64,000 nt of DNA from a virus, in UHGV virus genome UHGV-0179803; one strand, 5' to 3'. Below the pieces are notes generated by a model. It had not been told where the DNA came from. It saw nothing but the letters and a program-made list of their open reading frames with translations, and searched no databases. This document shows, in pieces, positions 11,953-23,086 of this stretch; positions within the stretch are counted from its first letter, which is position 1; every line of letters begins with the position of its first letter. A program made the translations under genes and the position numbers.

Positions 11953-12993
11953 ATGGCTAAACCTAGTTTTCCTCTGGAGATATGGGCAGCGGAGGATCAA
12001 ATCCTCCCCAACTCCCATAAACAGAACAAGATGCGCCCCATTGACGACCTCTGGAGAAAAGGTTGGGATAAAGGGCAGAAACCATCGTGTGAAGAACTGA
12101 ACTATCTCCTGAACATGATGGCTACCTGGGCTAAATACATTTCTGAAGATCAGATCCCGTCTATGGAAGGACGTTATCTTATTAAGGACAACAACCTGAG
12201 TGATCTTCTGAATGTAGAGATTGCCCGTAAAAACCTTGGCATTGTTACCCAGGCTGAGACTGACGCTCGTTACGTTAAGATCACTGGTGACACAATGACA
12301 GGCCCTCTGGGGTTGCAACGTATTAATTTTGCGGCAGCGGAAACAGATGCGGCATGGATAGAAACCACAATCAGCCCAGATAAAACCTTGTTGGACTTCT
12401 GTCTGATGGATAACGTTGGTTCATTTGACGATGGTGGTACTTCCACAGTTGATGCTTTCCGTTGGAGATTCCAGCCTACACAACCAGATATCAACCCAGA
12501 GTTTACACTGATGCACCTGAATGCTATCTCTGTTAACCGTGCACTTCTCAAAGTCATCGGTAACATTGAAGCACAAGATAACGTGCGTTCCAACACAGTC
12601 ACCATCACTGGTACAGCTTCCTTCGGTAACGTCAGCGTATCGAGCCAGTTGACCACAGGTAGCTTCTATGCTAACGGTGGTTCCAACGTTGATAACATGA
12701 CAGTCCGTAGCCAGTATTGTGTGGTTGGTGGTCGCCATGTAGTTCGTTCAGTCAACGGTGTGAACGCAGATGGTAATGGTAACCTGACTATCAGTATCCC
12801 AGCTTCAGGCGTTCAGGATATTCGCTGCGGCGGTATGTTGATCGATGGGGTTTCTGATAACAGGGTACGTCCGGGTTATGTTATGAGAGGATGGGCTAAT
12901 GGTAATAAAAAAGAACTCCGTGGTGCAGGTTACTGGGCAGCTCCGCTACAGAAACTTGTTAACGGACAGTGGATTACCGTTCAGACATTATAA
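11953..12993 (+). CDS. Short tail fibre / receptor-binding protein, paralog A
   Basis: RBS AGGAG. N-terminus (MAKPSFPLEIWAAEDQ..) and C-terminus (..GGMLIDG..RGAGYWAAPLQKLVNGQWITVQTL) are nearly identical to the 14032..15096 paralog; the centre is divergent. Confidence 0.7.
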   Translation: MAKPSFPLEIWAAEDQILPNSHKQNKMRPIDDLWRKGWDKGQKPSCEELNYLLNMMATWAKYISEDQIPSMEGRYLIKDNNLSDLLNVEIARKNLGIVTQAETDARYVKITGDTMTGPLGLQRINFAAAETDAAWIETTISPDKTLLDFCLMDNVGSFDDGGTSTVDAFRWRFQPTQPDINPEFTLMHLNAISVNRALLKVIGNIEAQDNVRSNTVTITGTASFGNVSVSSQLTTGSFYANGGSNVDNMTVRSQYCVVGGRHVVRSVNGVNADGNGNLTISIPASGVQDIRCGGMLIDGVSDNRVRPGYVMRGWANGNKKELRGAGYWAAPLQKLVNGQWITVQTL

Positions 12994-13009
12994 TTGAGGG
13001 TTATAGATT

Positions 13010-13627
13010 ATGATTAAAATAGCTACAGGTTTTGAGTTGTATGATCCGCAAGAGCCTCGCCCAGAGGTGTTGGCTCTTGATGAAGATCAGCCACAAACCT
13101 TGGAATTAACAGAGCAGGAGATTGAAGATTACGCTCGCTATTCTGCTTACTTCCTTCGCAACGAGCACGGTGACTGGTATGCCCAGACCCGAGAATTACA
13201 GCAGATTGCCCAGGAATCTGGAGTAGAATACCTGTTTGCAGTCATAGAAGCTGATGGTTTACTGAAAATTGTAACCACGGACCCAACAGGTATTTTCCCC
13301 AGCAACGGTCTTCAAGTCCTGCATGGTAAACGAGAGGAGTTCCCGGAAGACATTGAAAACATGATCAATGCCTACCGCTGGAATGGTGAGAAATTTGTTG
13401 TTGATAACAAACCTTACATCGATGCTGCACAACAGGTTGTCGAAGAAGAGTTGCAATGGGCTACAGCAAGGCTTGGAGCTTTCAGCGACATGCTGGACTT
13501 GGATTATATACTCTCTCCTGCACAGGAGCAGTTTGTTAAGGAATTAAAACTTTACAGGATTCATCTACTGGAGATTGATATAAACAAAGCCCCCAACATA
13601 CATATCCCTGATCGCCCAGCCCTCTAA
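13010..13627 (+). CDS. Tail fibre assembly protein-like (Tfa C-terminal-domain-like)
   Basis: C-terminus ..VKELKLYRIHLLEIDINKAPNIHIPDRPAL resembles the conserved C-terminal Tfa motif (..W.KYR..LNRVDTSTAPDIEWP..). Lies right after fibre paralog A. Confidence 0.5.
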   Translation: MIKIATGFELYDPQEPRPEVLALDEDQPQTLELTEQEIEDYARYSAYFLRNEHGDWYAQTRELQQIAQESGVEYLFAVIEADGLLKIVTTDPTGIFPSNGLQVLHGKREEFPEDIENMINAYRWNGEKFVVDNKPYIDAAQQVVEEELQWATARLGAFSDMLDLDYILSPAQEQFVKELKLYRIHLLEIDINKAPNIHIPDRPAL

Positions 13628-13636
13628 GGAGGTAAT

Positions 13637-13951
13637 GTGGAACTGGACTTTGGTACGCTTTTTGAGATAATCATGAGCGCTATTGTCCCTATAGGTGTCT
13701 GGATTTTTGGTCAGTGGCACGTAAAATGGAAAGCCGTCTCTAAAAGATTGGATGATTTAGAGAAGGACCTTATTTTGGTGAAAAGCAATATGGTTACGAA
13801 AGACAGACTTGACGCGGTGCTAAATCAGCGTCTTAAAGATATTCAAGATAACCTTGACGAACTAAGGAAAGAGGTCAAAGGTGACGTTAATGGATTGCGT
13901 AGTGATATTCAACAAATTATCCAGATTCTTCTCAGTAACAAGGAGAAATAA
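13637..13951 (+). CDS. Small protein with N-terminal transmembrane helix and coiled-coil tail
   Basis: GTG start 5 nt after AGGAGG. Hydrophobic segment IIMSAIVPIGVWIFGQW followed by heptad-like charged repeats. Confidence 0.45.
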   Translation: MELDFGTLFEIIMSAIVPIGVWIFGQWHVKWKAVSKRLDDLEKDLILVKSNMVTKDRLDAVLNQRLKDIQDNLDELRKEVKGDVNGLRSDIQQIIQILLSNKEK

Positions 13952-14031
13952 CCTGCGGCAAGGAAGCCTCTGGTTGCATTTTGAGGAGTTTAGTGCTAAA
14001 ATAATGTCAAGAATTTTAGTCAGGAGAAAAC

Positions 14032-15096
14032 ATGCCAAAACCAACTTATCCGCTTGAGGTGTGGGCATATCAGGATGTGATGCTTGACACCACGCGAGAA
14101 TTAAATAAGGCCCAGCCTAGTAAGGAACAAAGGTTAGCTGGTTGGGACTTCAGTCAGAGAATCGCTGTTGAACATATGAATTTCGAGTTCAATATGATTA
14201 GTAACTGGCTGAAATACTTGAACGAAGAGGTTGTTCCTGGTTGGGATGATCGATTTTTAAAAGTTGCAAATAACCTAGCAGAAATACCGGATAAAGCTGC
14301 TGCAAGACAAAACTTAGGTTGCCTGACAATAGAGGAGATGGATGACCGTTATGTTCACCTAACAGGGGATACCTTGAAAGGTACTATGACTTTAGGGGTT
14401 ACAAGGATTAATTTTAAATCTGCTGATACAGACTCGTGTGCGATTTATTGTTCCACGATTGCAGATACCCCAGGGTATAAAGGTGGGGATAAAACCTATT
14501 TCGATTTTCGTATGGCAGACAACTACGGTACAGATGACATTGAGGCATCTTACTATACAGGCACAGAAGGATTCCGCTACAGATTCCACCCCGCAGGCGG
14601 TAGCTTGTTCACATTGATGAAATTGTGTGCTATCTCTCCAAACCGTGGGAGATTGTCCGTAGTAGGTGACATTATTGCTGCTGATAACTTACGTGCTGGT
14701 TCTATGAATGGTAACACTGTTGATATCTGGAGTACAGCTTCTGTATCAAGTCAGACACTGTGTGGTAACCTCTATACCAACAGTTTTAACTGCGATAGCC
14801 ACACAACCCGTAGTAATTACCATGTTGTAGGTGGAAGACATGTTTGCAGGTCAGTAAACGGTGCCACAGCGGATGGTAACGGCAACTTAACATTAACACT
14901 ACCTCAACCCGCTATCTCTGATGTTCGTTGTGGAGGTATGCTGATAGATGGCACAGGTGATAACCGCGTAAGGGCTGGCTACGTAATGCGTGGTTGGCAG
15001 AATGGTAATAAGAAACAATTGCGTGGCGCTGGCTATTGGGCAGCTCCACTCCAGAAACTGGTAAATGGTCAATGGATCACAGTACAGACATTGTAA
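14032..15096 (+). CDS. Short tail fibre / receptor-binding protein, paralog B
   Basis: RBS AGGAG. Shares conserved termini with paralog A (..RGAGYWAAPLQKLVNGQWITVQTL), with a divergent central region. Confidence 0.7.
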   Translation: MPKPTYPLEVWAYQDVMLDTTRELNKAQPSKEQRLAGWDFSQRIAVEHMNFEFNMISNWLKYLNEEVVPGWDDRFLKVANNLAEIPDKAAARQNLGCLTIEEMDDRYVHLTGDTLKGTMTLGVTRINFKSADTDSCAIYCSTIADTPGYKGGDKTYFDFRMADNYGTDDIEASYYTGTEGFRYRFHPAGGSLFTLMKLCAISPNRGRLSVVGDIIAADNLRAGSMNGNTVDIWSTASVSSQTLCGNLYTNSFNCDSHTTRSNYHVVGGRHVCRSVNGATADGNGNLTLTLPQPAISDVRCGGMLIDGTGDNRVRAGYVMRGWQNGNKKQLRGAGYWAAPLQKLVNGQWITVQTL

Positions 15097-15106
15097 AGAA
15101 GGGGTG

Positions 15107-15475
15107 ATGTTTAAGAAAACCAAAGCCTTTTTGTGGATGTTGGTCGCAGCACCAGACGATCCCGACAAGGTATCTCAGACCAAGTTGTGGTCCAATATAG
15201 GTATGCTAGCTATGACTATCGTTTTCCTGCACATGGGGTACACTAATACTTTGCAGGAATGGTATGCATGGATCTATGCTCCTTCAGTTGCTTGCCCACA
15301 ACTGATCAGCAAGTTTATTTCACTTCGTTGGGGCTGGAGAAGTCCTTCTTTTGGTGAACGCTACCCAGATGAGGAGTATCCTGGTAGCAGATACTCAGGA
15401 GATTGTAACTACAGGCATTCTGAATGTTCTGACTCCCCCATTGAACCAGAAGATTATAGAGATTCAAGGAGATAA
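15107..15475 (+). CDS. Small membrane protein (122 aa)
   Basis: ATG 15107 after AAGAAGGGG. Hydrophobic segment SNIGMLAMTIVFLHMGY. Ends 2 nt before the next gene. Confidence 0.4.
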   Translation: MFKKTKAFLWMLVAAPDDPDKVSQTKLWSNIGMLAMTIVFLHMGYTNTLQEWYAWIYAPSVACPQLISKFISLRWGWRSPSFGERYPDEEYPGSRYSGDCNYRHSECSDSPIEPEDYRDSRR

Positions 15476-15476
15476 C

Positions 15477-17231
15477 GTGGCTCAAGATATGACAAACTTT
15501 GAGGAGGCCGTGGATCAGGTCATAATTGATTCTGAGCGCCTCCATCTGGTTGTCAATGGTACTGCCGTGGATGAAGTTGTGGTAGAGGATGGGACAACCA
15601 TCCCTACCGTCCGTAAGGCACTACTTGATAACCTGTATTTTAAAACTCCACCAATCCCGTGGGTATATGGTTCTTCCACCACAGTATTTAACCAGATTTA
15701 TGAATACAAAGCGGATGGAAAAATCACATGGTGGTATGCTCCTGGAGCATCTAAATCCACACCAGTGCGCTTGCCAGCAGACCCTTTCACCTCTACCGCG
15801 TGGAGGTTGTATACTGATGCCAACGTGCTTGCTGAATTCTATGCTAAACTGAGTAGCCCACTCTTCCAGGGGGATCCGCGTGTTCCGACACCGCCGATGG
15901 ATGATAAATCTCTGTCCATTGCCAACACCACATTCGTTGTTGACTATGTAGACAGCATTTTTGAAGCTATGGCTGGTATGCAGGTCACAGTTGGTTCCCT
16001 AGTTGTTCGTGGCTTATCAGAATTAGCTAACACTATTATTGACGGTACTTTAACTGTACGTGGTCCTTTAAATGCTTCCGACTTTGCTGGGCGTTTCAAA
16101 GAGTTGACTTTAACAGGTAAAGATTCCGCTATCAATTTTAACTGGACAGACAGGAACCATCCTAACTGGACCTCCACAGCGCTGGATCCTTACAACATCG
16201 AGACTCACCTGTTGACCTCTGATGTGATCCACAATGGTGCTCCGGTAAGTGATAACACCACTGTTCACTTCGATGGTCGCGGTAACAACTTCTTTGACTA
16301 CGTTTATATTCGGGGGAATTCTCAGAAAGATGTTCAGGAACCCACCCTGACGGTTGACGGTGTAACTCAAGTCAAAGATCTGAAAGTAACAGGTAAAGTT
16401 GAAGGTATTGTTCACTCTGTAGATGGTCTGGATATTTACCCGAACTATCTGGAAACAACTAACGATGCCCGTGTCAACGGTGACTTGCAGGTTGGTGGAT
16501 CAGTGGTTATTCAGGGTAATGCAATGGTTCAGGATTTGTCTACCAACACATTCAGATCTAACCAGCAGGCTACTTTTGAGGGTAACGGTATTGTTGCCAA
16601 TAAAGCTGCGATTACGACTTTAACTGGTACAACTGCCACCATTGATACTGGTAACTTCACTAATTGTAATGTGAATCACAACTTGCAGGTAAATGGGGAT
16701 GTAAGCCTGAACGCAGAGGGTAATGGTACGACTTATGTTCATAACATCCAGGTCTCTGGCACACTGACAGGTTGGATGCCGGATTACACAGGTAAAACTC
16801 TCAACTGTGGCGGTGTGAACGCATCAGGTAACATCAGCATCAATGGCGACCTCAGCGTTGGTGGTAGCACTACAATTGGGAAGATCCGTACAACCAAACT
16901 GGAATTCGAATCTGAGGATATCGCTGGCGCTACGGGGACATGGACCCCATCAGGAAATGCTAACATGTACGTTGTTGAAGTTACTGGCGACCTGAACGTA
17001 GCAACATGGCCTGGCGTTACAGCAGCTTCAGAAGAGGATAAACCTTATCCGTTCTCAGTGGTGATTTATTTCCGTCAGGATGCTACAGGGCATCAGGTCA
17101 CATTCAGTGATAAGTATGCAATCTTGTCTGCAACTCCTGTAGTTAACAACAAAGCCAATAGCGTGACCCTTTGTCAACTAACCTACCCTGGCTTCGGCGA
17201 CATTGTGGACGTTATTATTGCACAACGTTAA
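15477..17231 (+). CDS. Structural protein (about 585 aa), probable tail spike or fibre-like
   Basis: GTG 15477 five nt after AGGAG. The ORF-track start at 15351 would overlap the preceding gene, so it was rejected. Thr/Asn/Gly-rich repetitive sequence typical of fibrous proteins. Confidence 0.55.
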   Translation: MAQDMTNFEEAVDQVIIDSERLHLVVNGTAVDEVVVEDGTTIPTVRKALLDNLYFKTPPIPWVYGSSTTVFNQIYEYKADGKITWWYAPGASKSTPVRLPADPFTSTAWRLYTDANVLAEFYAKLSSPLFQGDPRVPTPPMDDKSLSIANTTFVVDYVDSIFEAMAGMQVTVGSLVVRGLSELANTIIDGTLTVRGPLNASDFAGRFKELTLTGKDSAINFNWTDRNHPNWTSTALDPYNIETHLLTSDVIHNGAPVSDNTTVHFDGRGNNFFDYVYIRGNSQKDVQEPTLTVDGVTQVKDLKVTGKVEGIVHSVDGLDIYPNYLETTNDARVNGDLQVGGSVVIQGNAMVQDLSTNTFRSNQQATFEGNGIVANKAAITTLTGTTATIDTGNFTNCNVNHNLQVNGDVSLNAEGNGTTYVHNIQVSGTLTGWMPDYTGKTLNCGGVNASGNISINGDLSVGGSTTIGKIRTTKLEFESEDIAGATGTWTPSGNANMYVVEVTGDLNVATWPGVTAASEEDKPYPFSVVIYFRQDATGHQVTFSDKYAILSATPVVNNKANSVTLCQLTYPGFGDIVDVIIAQR

Positions 17232-17278
17232 TTAATTAGCCTCTCCTGCGGGAGAGGCTTTACTGTTTGGAGAACACA

Positions 17279-20200
17279 ATGCTTCCAATTCCTCTGTTAA
17301 AACTTGCTAATTTCCATCTGGACTCGAAGGATGGGATCAAGGAACTTGCTGTTCTGTCCTACCCAATAGATAAAAGTGATGGTACTAGCAGCACAGTATC
17401 TTATGTAAACAGTCTTGCAATTCTTTATGCAGATGGTTTGCTCGTTCTGACAGGCGCTAACAAGTATGGCGAATGTGGAACAGGTAATCGCAACGAATGC
17501 ATTTACCCGAACGAGTCGATCCGCAACATCGATCATGTCTGGAGAGCAGATCGTTCTTTCGTGGTTGAAACTTTTGATCATGAATTCTTTTACATCGGCT
17601 GCACAGCGGGTCTTATTGGCTCCACAGCGGCTGGTGGTAACGATGTTTGTGTAACCCAGTGGACTGCACTACCTTCACAAATTACGACCACTCTGGGGCT
17701 TGATAAGCACCCAGAACGCTTGCTTGAAGTTTGCGGTGGGATGAACAACACTTGCTGGGTAATTGGTGCACCTGAAGGTGAAGGTATCTGGGATATCTAC
17801 GGTTCAGGCAACAACACCTACGGTTCTTTGCATGTGGATAAAAACCAACATGCCAACCCTGTTAAAATTGCTGAAACTTCTCAGGATCCTGTAACAGGGC
17901 AGTGGAAAAACCCAGCACTAAATCTGGAGGTCCACGATAACTCTGTGATCTATGGTGGCCCAGATGGCTACTGGATTGCTGGTTACGATTTCCTGCGCAA
18001 TAATAGTGAGCTTAATCTGGTTTATCCACCAGAACACGGGACATGGGCAGCTTTGACAGGCAGCAGTGAAACCTACAAATGGTTCATGTGTGGTCCGAAT
18101 GGGGCTGTAGTTGCTACAGAGCGTAATCACACAGATGGTATACCTGTGTATGTATTCCGTGGACAGAATTCCTGGGGTGATAAAACCTGGCGCCCATTGA
18201 ACCTCACCTATACCCATGAAGTGATTATTGCACAAGGTCATGCTACTAACGGCATCTTCTTTAATAACGGTACAAAACAGTACAGAGGTTTCTCTCGTAA
18301 CCTGTGTAACGATATTGGCTGGTCGTCTGCTGAAGCCAACCCTCGTGCACAGTTCCAGCACAAGCAGGCAATTGCTACAGCTGCATACGTCGAACAACGT
18401 ACACCTGTTAGTTGGGCTGAGAACGTATACTTCCAGGGCATCAACCGGGAAGGTTACTTGGGCACACTAACTGTGGTAAACGGTAAACTTTGGTGGTCCG
18501 GTATTCCTCGTGGCAGCTTCCCAGGAAGCAACAACCTGTTTGGAGGCCAACTCAATTCTCAAGGTTTTACACAGGTAGACCCGAACTGGATTAAGAACGT
18601 TCCAGTATCCAGTTTTGAGGTTGAAGAAGTTATTAGAGTCAACGGTTGGGGGACTGAGCGCCCTGTCAGTAACATTTATATTGGGGATACTGTTCAGCTC
18701 AGAATTAAAGCTCTACCAAGAGGTGCTACATGGTTTGTAGACAAAGTTGAGATCACAAATGCAGCACAAACTGTTGTAAGCGATCCTCTGTATACTGCAA
18801 CCATTAACCACAACGTGTTTGGTGTATGGGATAGTATTGTTACCCAACAGAATAAAAACGTTGATCGTCGTGGACTGTACCATGTTAAAATCACCTACCA
18901 TGATAAAAATGGTACTCACACACATCTAACCAGAAACATCAACTGGAACACGATTGTACCTGTGATCCCTTCGGATAGTACATGGTACACTCAAGGTCTG
19001 AGCCGCTCTTTGTCTTTGGGCAGCACAACCTATTTGGGTCTGGATACTGCACAACCTGCAACTGAAAATGCTGACGCTTTTAAAATCAGATTACACAGGA
19101 AAGATGCAGGCTCTGTGACCTATGATGTGACACAAGAACTTTACAACCAACGCCGTGAAATGTATAACTTCCTGGTCACTCATCAGGCACTGTGGGAATA
19201 CAACCCGAACGGTGCTGGTGGTAAAATGTATCAGGCCAACGAACAGAACGGGACTTCTCTGAACATCCACTCAGATAAAAACCCGTGGGCTACGCCTGAA
19301 AGACCTCCTAGCTGGGCACGTACTCTGAAAGTTGTCAGCTACGACGCAGGTTTCTTTGGTTTGCGTTGGGAATCAACAATTGAATACTATGATGGTACTC
19401 ACCAGAACATCGGGTTAACCCTTGGTGGGGATTCTGCCAGCACTTCACGTAAGATTGTCCGTACGCCACGCGGTGTGGATATCTCTGTTGATCTTGTTAA
19501 GAACAGTTATGGGGATATTCAGGCGCATGTAACACCTGCTGAGGCTGCGAATAATATATCTTATAATATTGCGGCATTCAAAGAGGATCCTCGCGTTGTT
19601 GGTGCGCACGATGCCGACTGGTATTACACCATTACACCCACTGCTGATACTACCAACTTCATGTTAGGTATGAAACGTGACATGCAGAAAAAACTAGGTG
19701 TTACTGACCTGTGCTACGTTTGCATTAAAGATACCCGTGTTAAAGATACGGATCCTGAAGCAAAATGGTTTACCGTTGACCCGAATACCATACGTAGTGA
19801 TAAGTTTGTTAACGAATATATCCTGTGCGCTGGCGGTACTAACCTGAACTTGTTCTGGAGTGAAAACGCTGATAAATATTGTAGTTATGATTACTTACGT
19901 GATTATTGCTGTAACCAGTGGTTTACCAACGGCAACGGCTATGTGCCTCGCCAATGCCAGACACTGCCAGCCATCTTCACAGATAACCAGACATTTTTGC
20001 TGAAACAGGCTAATGAAGTTCAGGTTGATAAAAACGGGTATGATGGAACCAAATGGTTCTTTAACTGCTATGCTCAGTATTATTGGGGTCCTGGGGAGCT
20101 TCTCAGTGATGCAGGTTGCAATCTGATGGATAAAGAAATAGGCTCATGGACTCATATGAACCAAACCTGCAACTTTATTCCACAGAACGCAACATCTGAG

Positions 20201-23086
20201 GGGTCTTCAGTTCTGGATGCTTACATCAGGATTGAAAAAGTTCACGATCCACGCGGCGATCAACCTGCCACTACTATGGCAGTACCAATGACGGCGGGAT
20301 TCCAGCAAGTAAAACTGGTTGTTAGTTGTGATCAGATAGGTAAAAATGTACCTACAGGTAATGTTGAAGGCATCGCACCTTACGTTATTGATTGCTACTA
20401 CAATATTAATAGCTTGGGGTATAAAGAGGCTCAGAAAATCACCAGCACTGATACATCAAAATGCAGACGCATTCTGTTAGGTGCGGGTTGGTGGCTATAT
20501 GAGTTTGACTTCAGCACAGTTGCGGATTGGGCAACTGACAGTGGGAACACATTGAGCGGTATTCGTTTCGACTTTGGTCAAAATATGCTACCAGAGGCTA
20601 TTAACGGTGACTATGGTGACCCTGTTGTTCATGTCAAACAGGTAATGCTGGAGAAAACTGATCAATCAGAGGTTTATGGTAAGCAACTCCAATTGATCAA
20701 AGATTGGTATGAAGCTGAAACTTCCCGTATCTCTAAAACCCGAGGGGTAGTTCTGGATGCTGGCACAGAGGATATGTTGGTTAATACTGTGTGGCCTAAT
20801 CTGGATGATACTCCTCTTGAAAACGCTGCACGTTCTATTAACTGGTTCAACTTCCACAGAGCTATGTGGTCAGTTAACATCTTTATCTGGAAGCTGTTTA
20901 ATGACAGAACCGAATCCTTTGGTTCTGGTCTACGTGTGGCTCCGATCTGTTGGACCTCTTTGATGCGTTGCTATGACAACCAATGGGAGATTGGTGGTCG
21001 CGAGTGGCAGAATATGAGGACAAGGGTTTATTCTCAGTTTGCAGTTAAACCTGTAAACTCCTATAACTCTGGTACTTCTCGTATTCTGTTCCAGGAAGGT
21101 TCAGAGTCCTATAAAGTGGAAGGTTACAGTGGGTCAATGATTGAATGGGGTACTAAACTTCTTGCCCGTGAAACTCTTGCAAAAGAGATTTGTCAGGCAA
21201 TAGGCGGGGACCTTATTCAAAAACAGATTCCTCGTTGGTTCACCTTACCGTGCTGGAATAAAACCTCAGCTAACACGTATGTAAATACGAACGCAGATGG
21301 AGATTTGTTCCTGTACTTTGAAGATATGTCACAGTACACAAACTGGACACCTGGTAACATTCATTTACAGGTATGGAACAGCGAAGGTTCTCTGGTTTAC
21401 ACCACAACCAACACTGCAAATACCAACTTCTGTGCGATCCCGAAAGCAAGATTGGAACAATATTTCGGTACAGCACGCCCTGATCCGGTCACACTATCTA
21501 TGATGGTTTATGACCAAACTTCTGGTGCTTTTGGTCCAAGGGTTGCACAGGTATATCAGAACATTGAGTATATAAAACGGATCCAGCATATGGATGTTAG
21601 AACAGGATGTGAACTGTCTCCAGACAGTAATAAGAAATGGTGGGGTATGCCTAACACTAGTTGGATTGCGGATGAGTATATATTGATTTACCCGAAAAAA
21701 GCCCTGGATGGTGCAATAATTACTGCAAACTCTGCTTACAGCAACCTTGCTGAGTTTGTAGTAAGAAAAGACCTTGCATACACCTATCCGACACCGGGTG
21801 ATGGTACAATACCTGGCGCAGACGCTACACTTGGTGCATGGTGTGTCCCTGTCGAAGTTCACTGGACTGACGAGACAGGCCAGCAATCTGCGGGTACTGT
21901 CTTGACAGCTATAGTAGAGGCTTCTGATGAAACTGGTACTCTAAGAGATAACATGGTAGGCCCTTACACTAAAGGTGCCCTGGCAATATCCCCGAGGGTA
22001 ACGGCGAAAACAGGTGGCGTATCCATATATGGATTCAGCAACTCTGATAGTTGGGCTTTAATGGATAATAGACACACATGGGCCGCTGGTTCAAGCGTGA
22101 CCTATGAGTTCTTGCTGAAAGGCTTCTATTCACCGACGAATGCTTATCAGGAACGTGGTACTTATCCTTATACCCAGTCTGGTACGCAGAAAGGCTTCTA
22201 TGTTACGGACAACTATATACCTGGTGGTGCAGCAAGCCTGGATTTCGAGGTCACCTCAAGCGACCCGACAGTCTTCGTTGCTACGAAACTAACTGACCGT
22301 AAATTCGCTATCAATGCTGTGAAAAATGGTTCAGCGGTTATCACAATTACAGCTACAGTTTCTTACGGCGAAGGTTCTTATACCTTCAGTAAACTCTATA
22401 ACTGGAAATGCGGTTCCGGCACCGTGATTACAGGATTGAGCGATCTGCCTAACCCGTTCAATGGGATTGGTATCAAAGGCGGCGGTGGTGTTATGCGTAA
22501 ACCAACTCTGCAACCTAGCGGCGCAGTCCCTGCTTCAGAGTCCTGGTCAACGAATAACCCAGATGCCGTTACGATCACACCCGATACAGGTCAGGTTAAA
22601 TTTGTTGAGGTAGGTACAGCTGTTATCACATACTCCTGTACTGACATTTATGGTGCAGTCTTCACGAAGACGACCACAATTGCGGTTAAAGAGCTTCACC
22701 CGCAATACAGGGCATGGGTAGGTAACCCAACTGACGGAGCTTATCCACAACCTTATGGTACAAGCCTTATGGAGTCGTTCTCGACTCAACCGTGTAACTA
22801 TCAGACATTGGTAAGTTACCCTATGAGAGTTTTTGGTGGTATGTATATCCCAGAGCTTAAAGGTGTACCAGCAGGCCAGCTAACGATTTACACAGGTGAC
22901 CCAGCAAGATTAGCCAACTTCGGTTATTCTTCTCCTACGGTTGCATTGAGTGAGTCAGGTTGGTGTGGTTATGAACTCAATTGGGACCACATGGAAAACG
23001 GTAAAACTTATATGGAATTTGCTGTGGCTGTGCAGGGAATCTCCCAGAACGCTTGCCGTGCGGGATTTAATATCAGGGAAGCGTAA
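17279..23086 (+). CDS. Very large structural protein (about 1935 aa) with two C-terminal Big_2-type Ig-like domains
   Basis: ATG 17279 after GGAG. C-terminal segments ..VTSSDPTVFVATKLTDRKFAINAVKNGSAVITITATV.. and ..NNPDAVTITPDTGQVKFVEVGTAVITYSCTD.. fit the bacterial Ig-like group 2 pattern. Confidence 0.7.
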   Translation: MLPIPLLKLANFHLDSKDGIKELAVLSYPIDKSDGTSSTVSYVNSLAILYADGLLVLTGANKYGECGTGNRNECIYPNESIRNIDHVWRADRSFVVETFDHEFFYIGCTAGLIGSTAAGGNDVCVTQWTALPSQITTTLGLDKHPERLLEVCGGMNNTCWVIGAPEGEGIWDIYGSGNNTYGSLHVDKNQHANPVKIAETSQDPVTGQWKNPALNLEVHDNSVIYGGPDGYWIAGYDFLRNNSELNLVYPPEHGTWAALTGSSETYKWFMCGPNGAVVATERNHTDGIPVYVFRGQNSWGDKTWRPLNLTYTHEVIIAQGHATNGIFFNNGTKQYRGFSRNLCNDIGWSSAEANPRAQFQHKQAIATAAYVEQRTPVSWAENVYFQGINREGYLGTLTVVNGKLWWSGIPRGSFPGSNNLFGGQLNSQGFTQVDPNWIKNVPVSSFEVEEVIRVNGWGTERPVSNIYIGDTVQLRIKALPRGATWFVDKVEITNAAQTVVSDPLYTATINHNVFGVWDSIVTQQNKNVDRRGLYHVKITYHDKNGTHTHLTRNINWNTIVPVIPSDSTWYTQGLSRSLSLGSTTYLGLDTAQPATENADAFKIRLHRKDAGSVTYDVTQELYNQRREMYNFLVTHQALWEYNPNGAGGKMYQANEQNGTSLNIHSDKNPWATPERPPSWARTLKVVSYDAGFFGLRWESTIEYYDGTHQNIGLTLGGDSASTSRKIVRTPRGVDISVDLVKNSYGDIQAHVTPAEAANNISYNIAAFKEDPRVVGAHDADWYYTITPTADTTNFMLGMKRDMQKKLGVTDLCYVCIKDTRVKDTDPEAKWFTVDPNTIRSDKFVNEYILCAGGTNLNLFWSENADKYCSYDYLRDYCCNQWFTNGNGYVPRQCQTLPAIFTDNQTFLLKQANEVQVDKNGYDGTKWFFNCYAQYYWGPGELLSDAGCNLMDKEIGSWTHMNQTCNFIPQNATSEGSSVLDAYIRIEKVHDPRGDQPATTMAVPMTAGFQQVKLVVSCDQIGKNVPTGNVEGIAPYVIDCYYNINSLGYKEAQKITSTDTSKCRRILLGAGWWLYEFDFSTVADWATDSGNTLSGIRFDFGQNMLPEAINGDYGDPVVHVKQVMLEKTDQSEVYGKQLQLIKDWYEAETSRISKTRGVVLDAGTEDMLVNTVWPNLDDTPLENAARSINWFNFHRAMWSVNIFIWKLFNDRTESFGSGLRVAPICWTSLMRCYDNQWEIGGREWQNMRTRVYSQFAVKPVNSYNSGTSRILFQEGSESYKVEGYSGSMIEWGTKLLARETLAKEICQAIGGDLIQKQIPRWFTLPCWNKTSANTYVNTNADGDLFLYFEDMSQYTNWTPGNIHLQVWNSEGSLVYTTTNTANTNFCAIPKARLEQYFGTARPDPVTLSMMVYDQTSGAFGPRVAQVYQNIEYIKRIQHMDVRTGCELSPDSNKKWWGMPNTSWIADEYILIYPKKALDGAIITANSAYSNLAEFVVRKDLAYTYPTPGDGTIPGADATLGAWCVPVEVHWTDETGQQSAGTVLTAIVEASDETGTLRDNMVGPYTKGALAISPRVTAKTGGVSIYGFSNSDSWALMDNRHTWAAGSSVTYEFLLKGFYSPTNAYQERGTYPYTQSGTQKGFYVTDNYIPGGAASLDFEVTSSDPTVFVATKLTDRKFAINAVKNGSAVITITATVSYGEGSYTFSKLYNWKCGSGTVITGLSDLPNPFNGIGIKGGGGVMRKPTLQPSGAVPASESWSTNNPDAVTITPDTGQVKFVEVGTAVITYSCTDIYGAVFTKTTTIAVKELHPQYRAWVGNPTDGAYPQPYGTSLMESFSTQPCNYQTLVSYPMRVFGGMYIPELKGVPAGQLTIYTGDPARLANFGYSSPTVALSESGWCGYELNWDHMENGKTYMEFAVAVQGISQNACRAGFNIREA

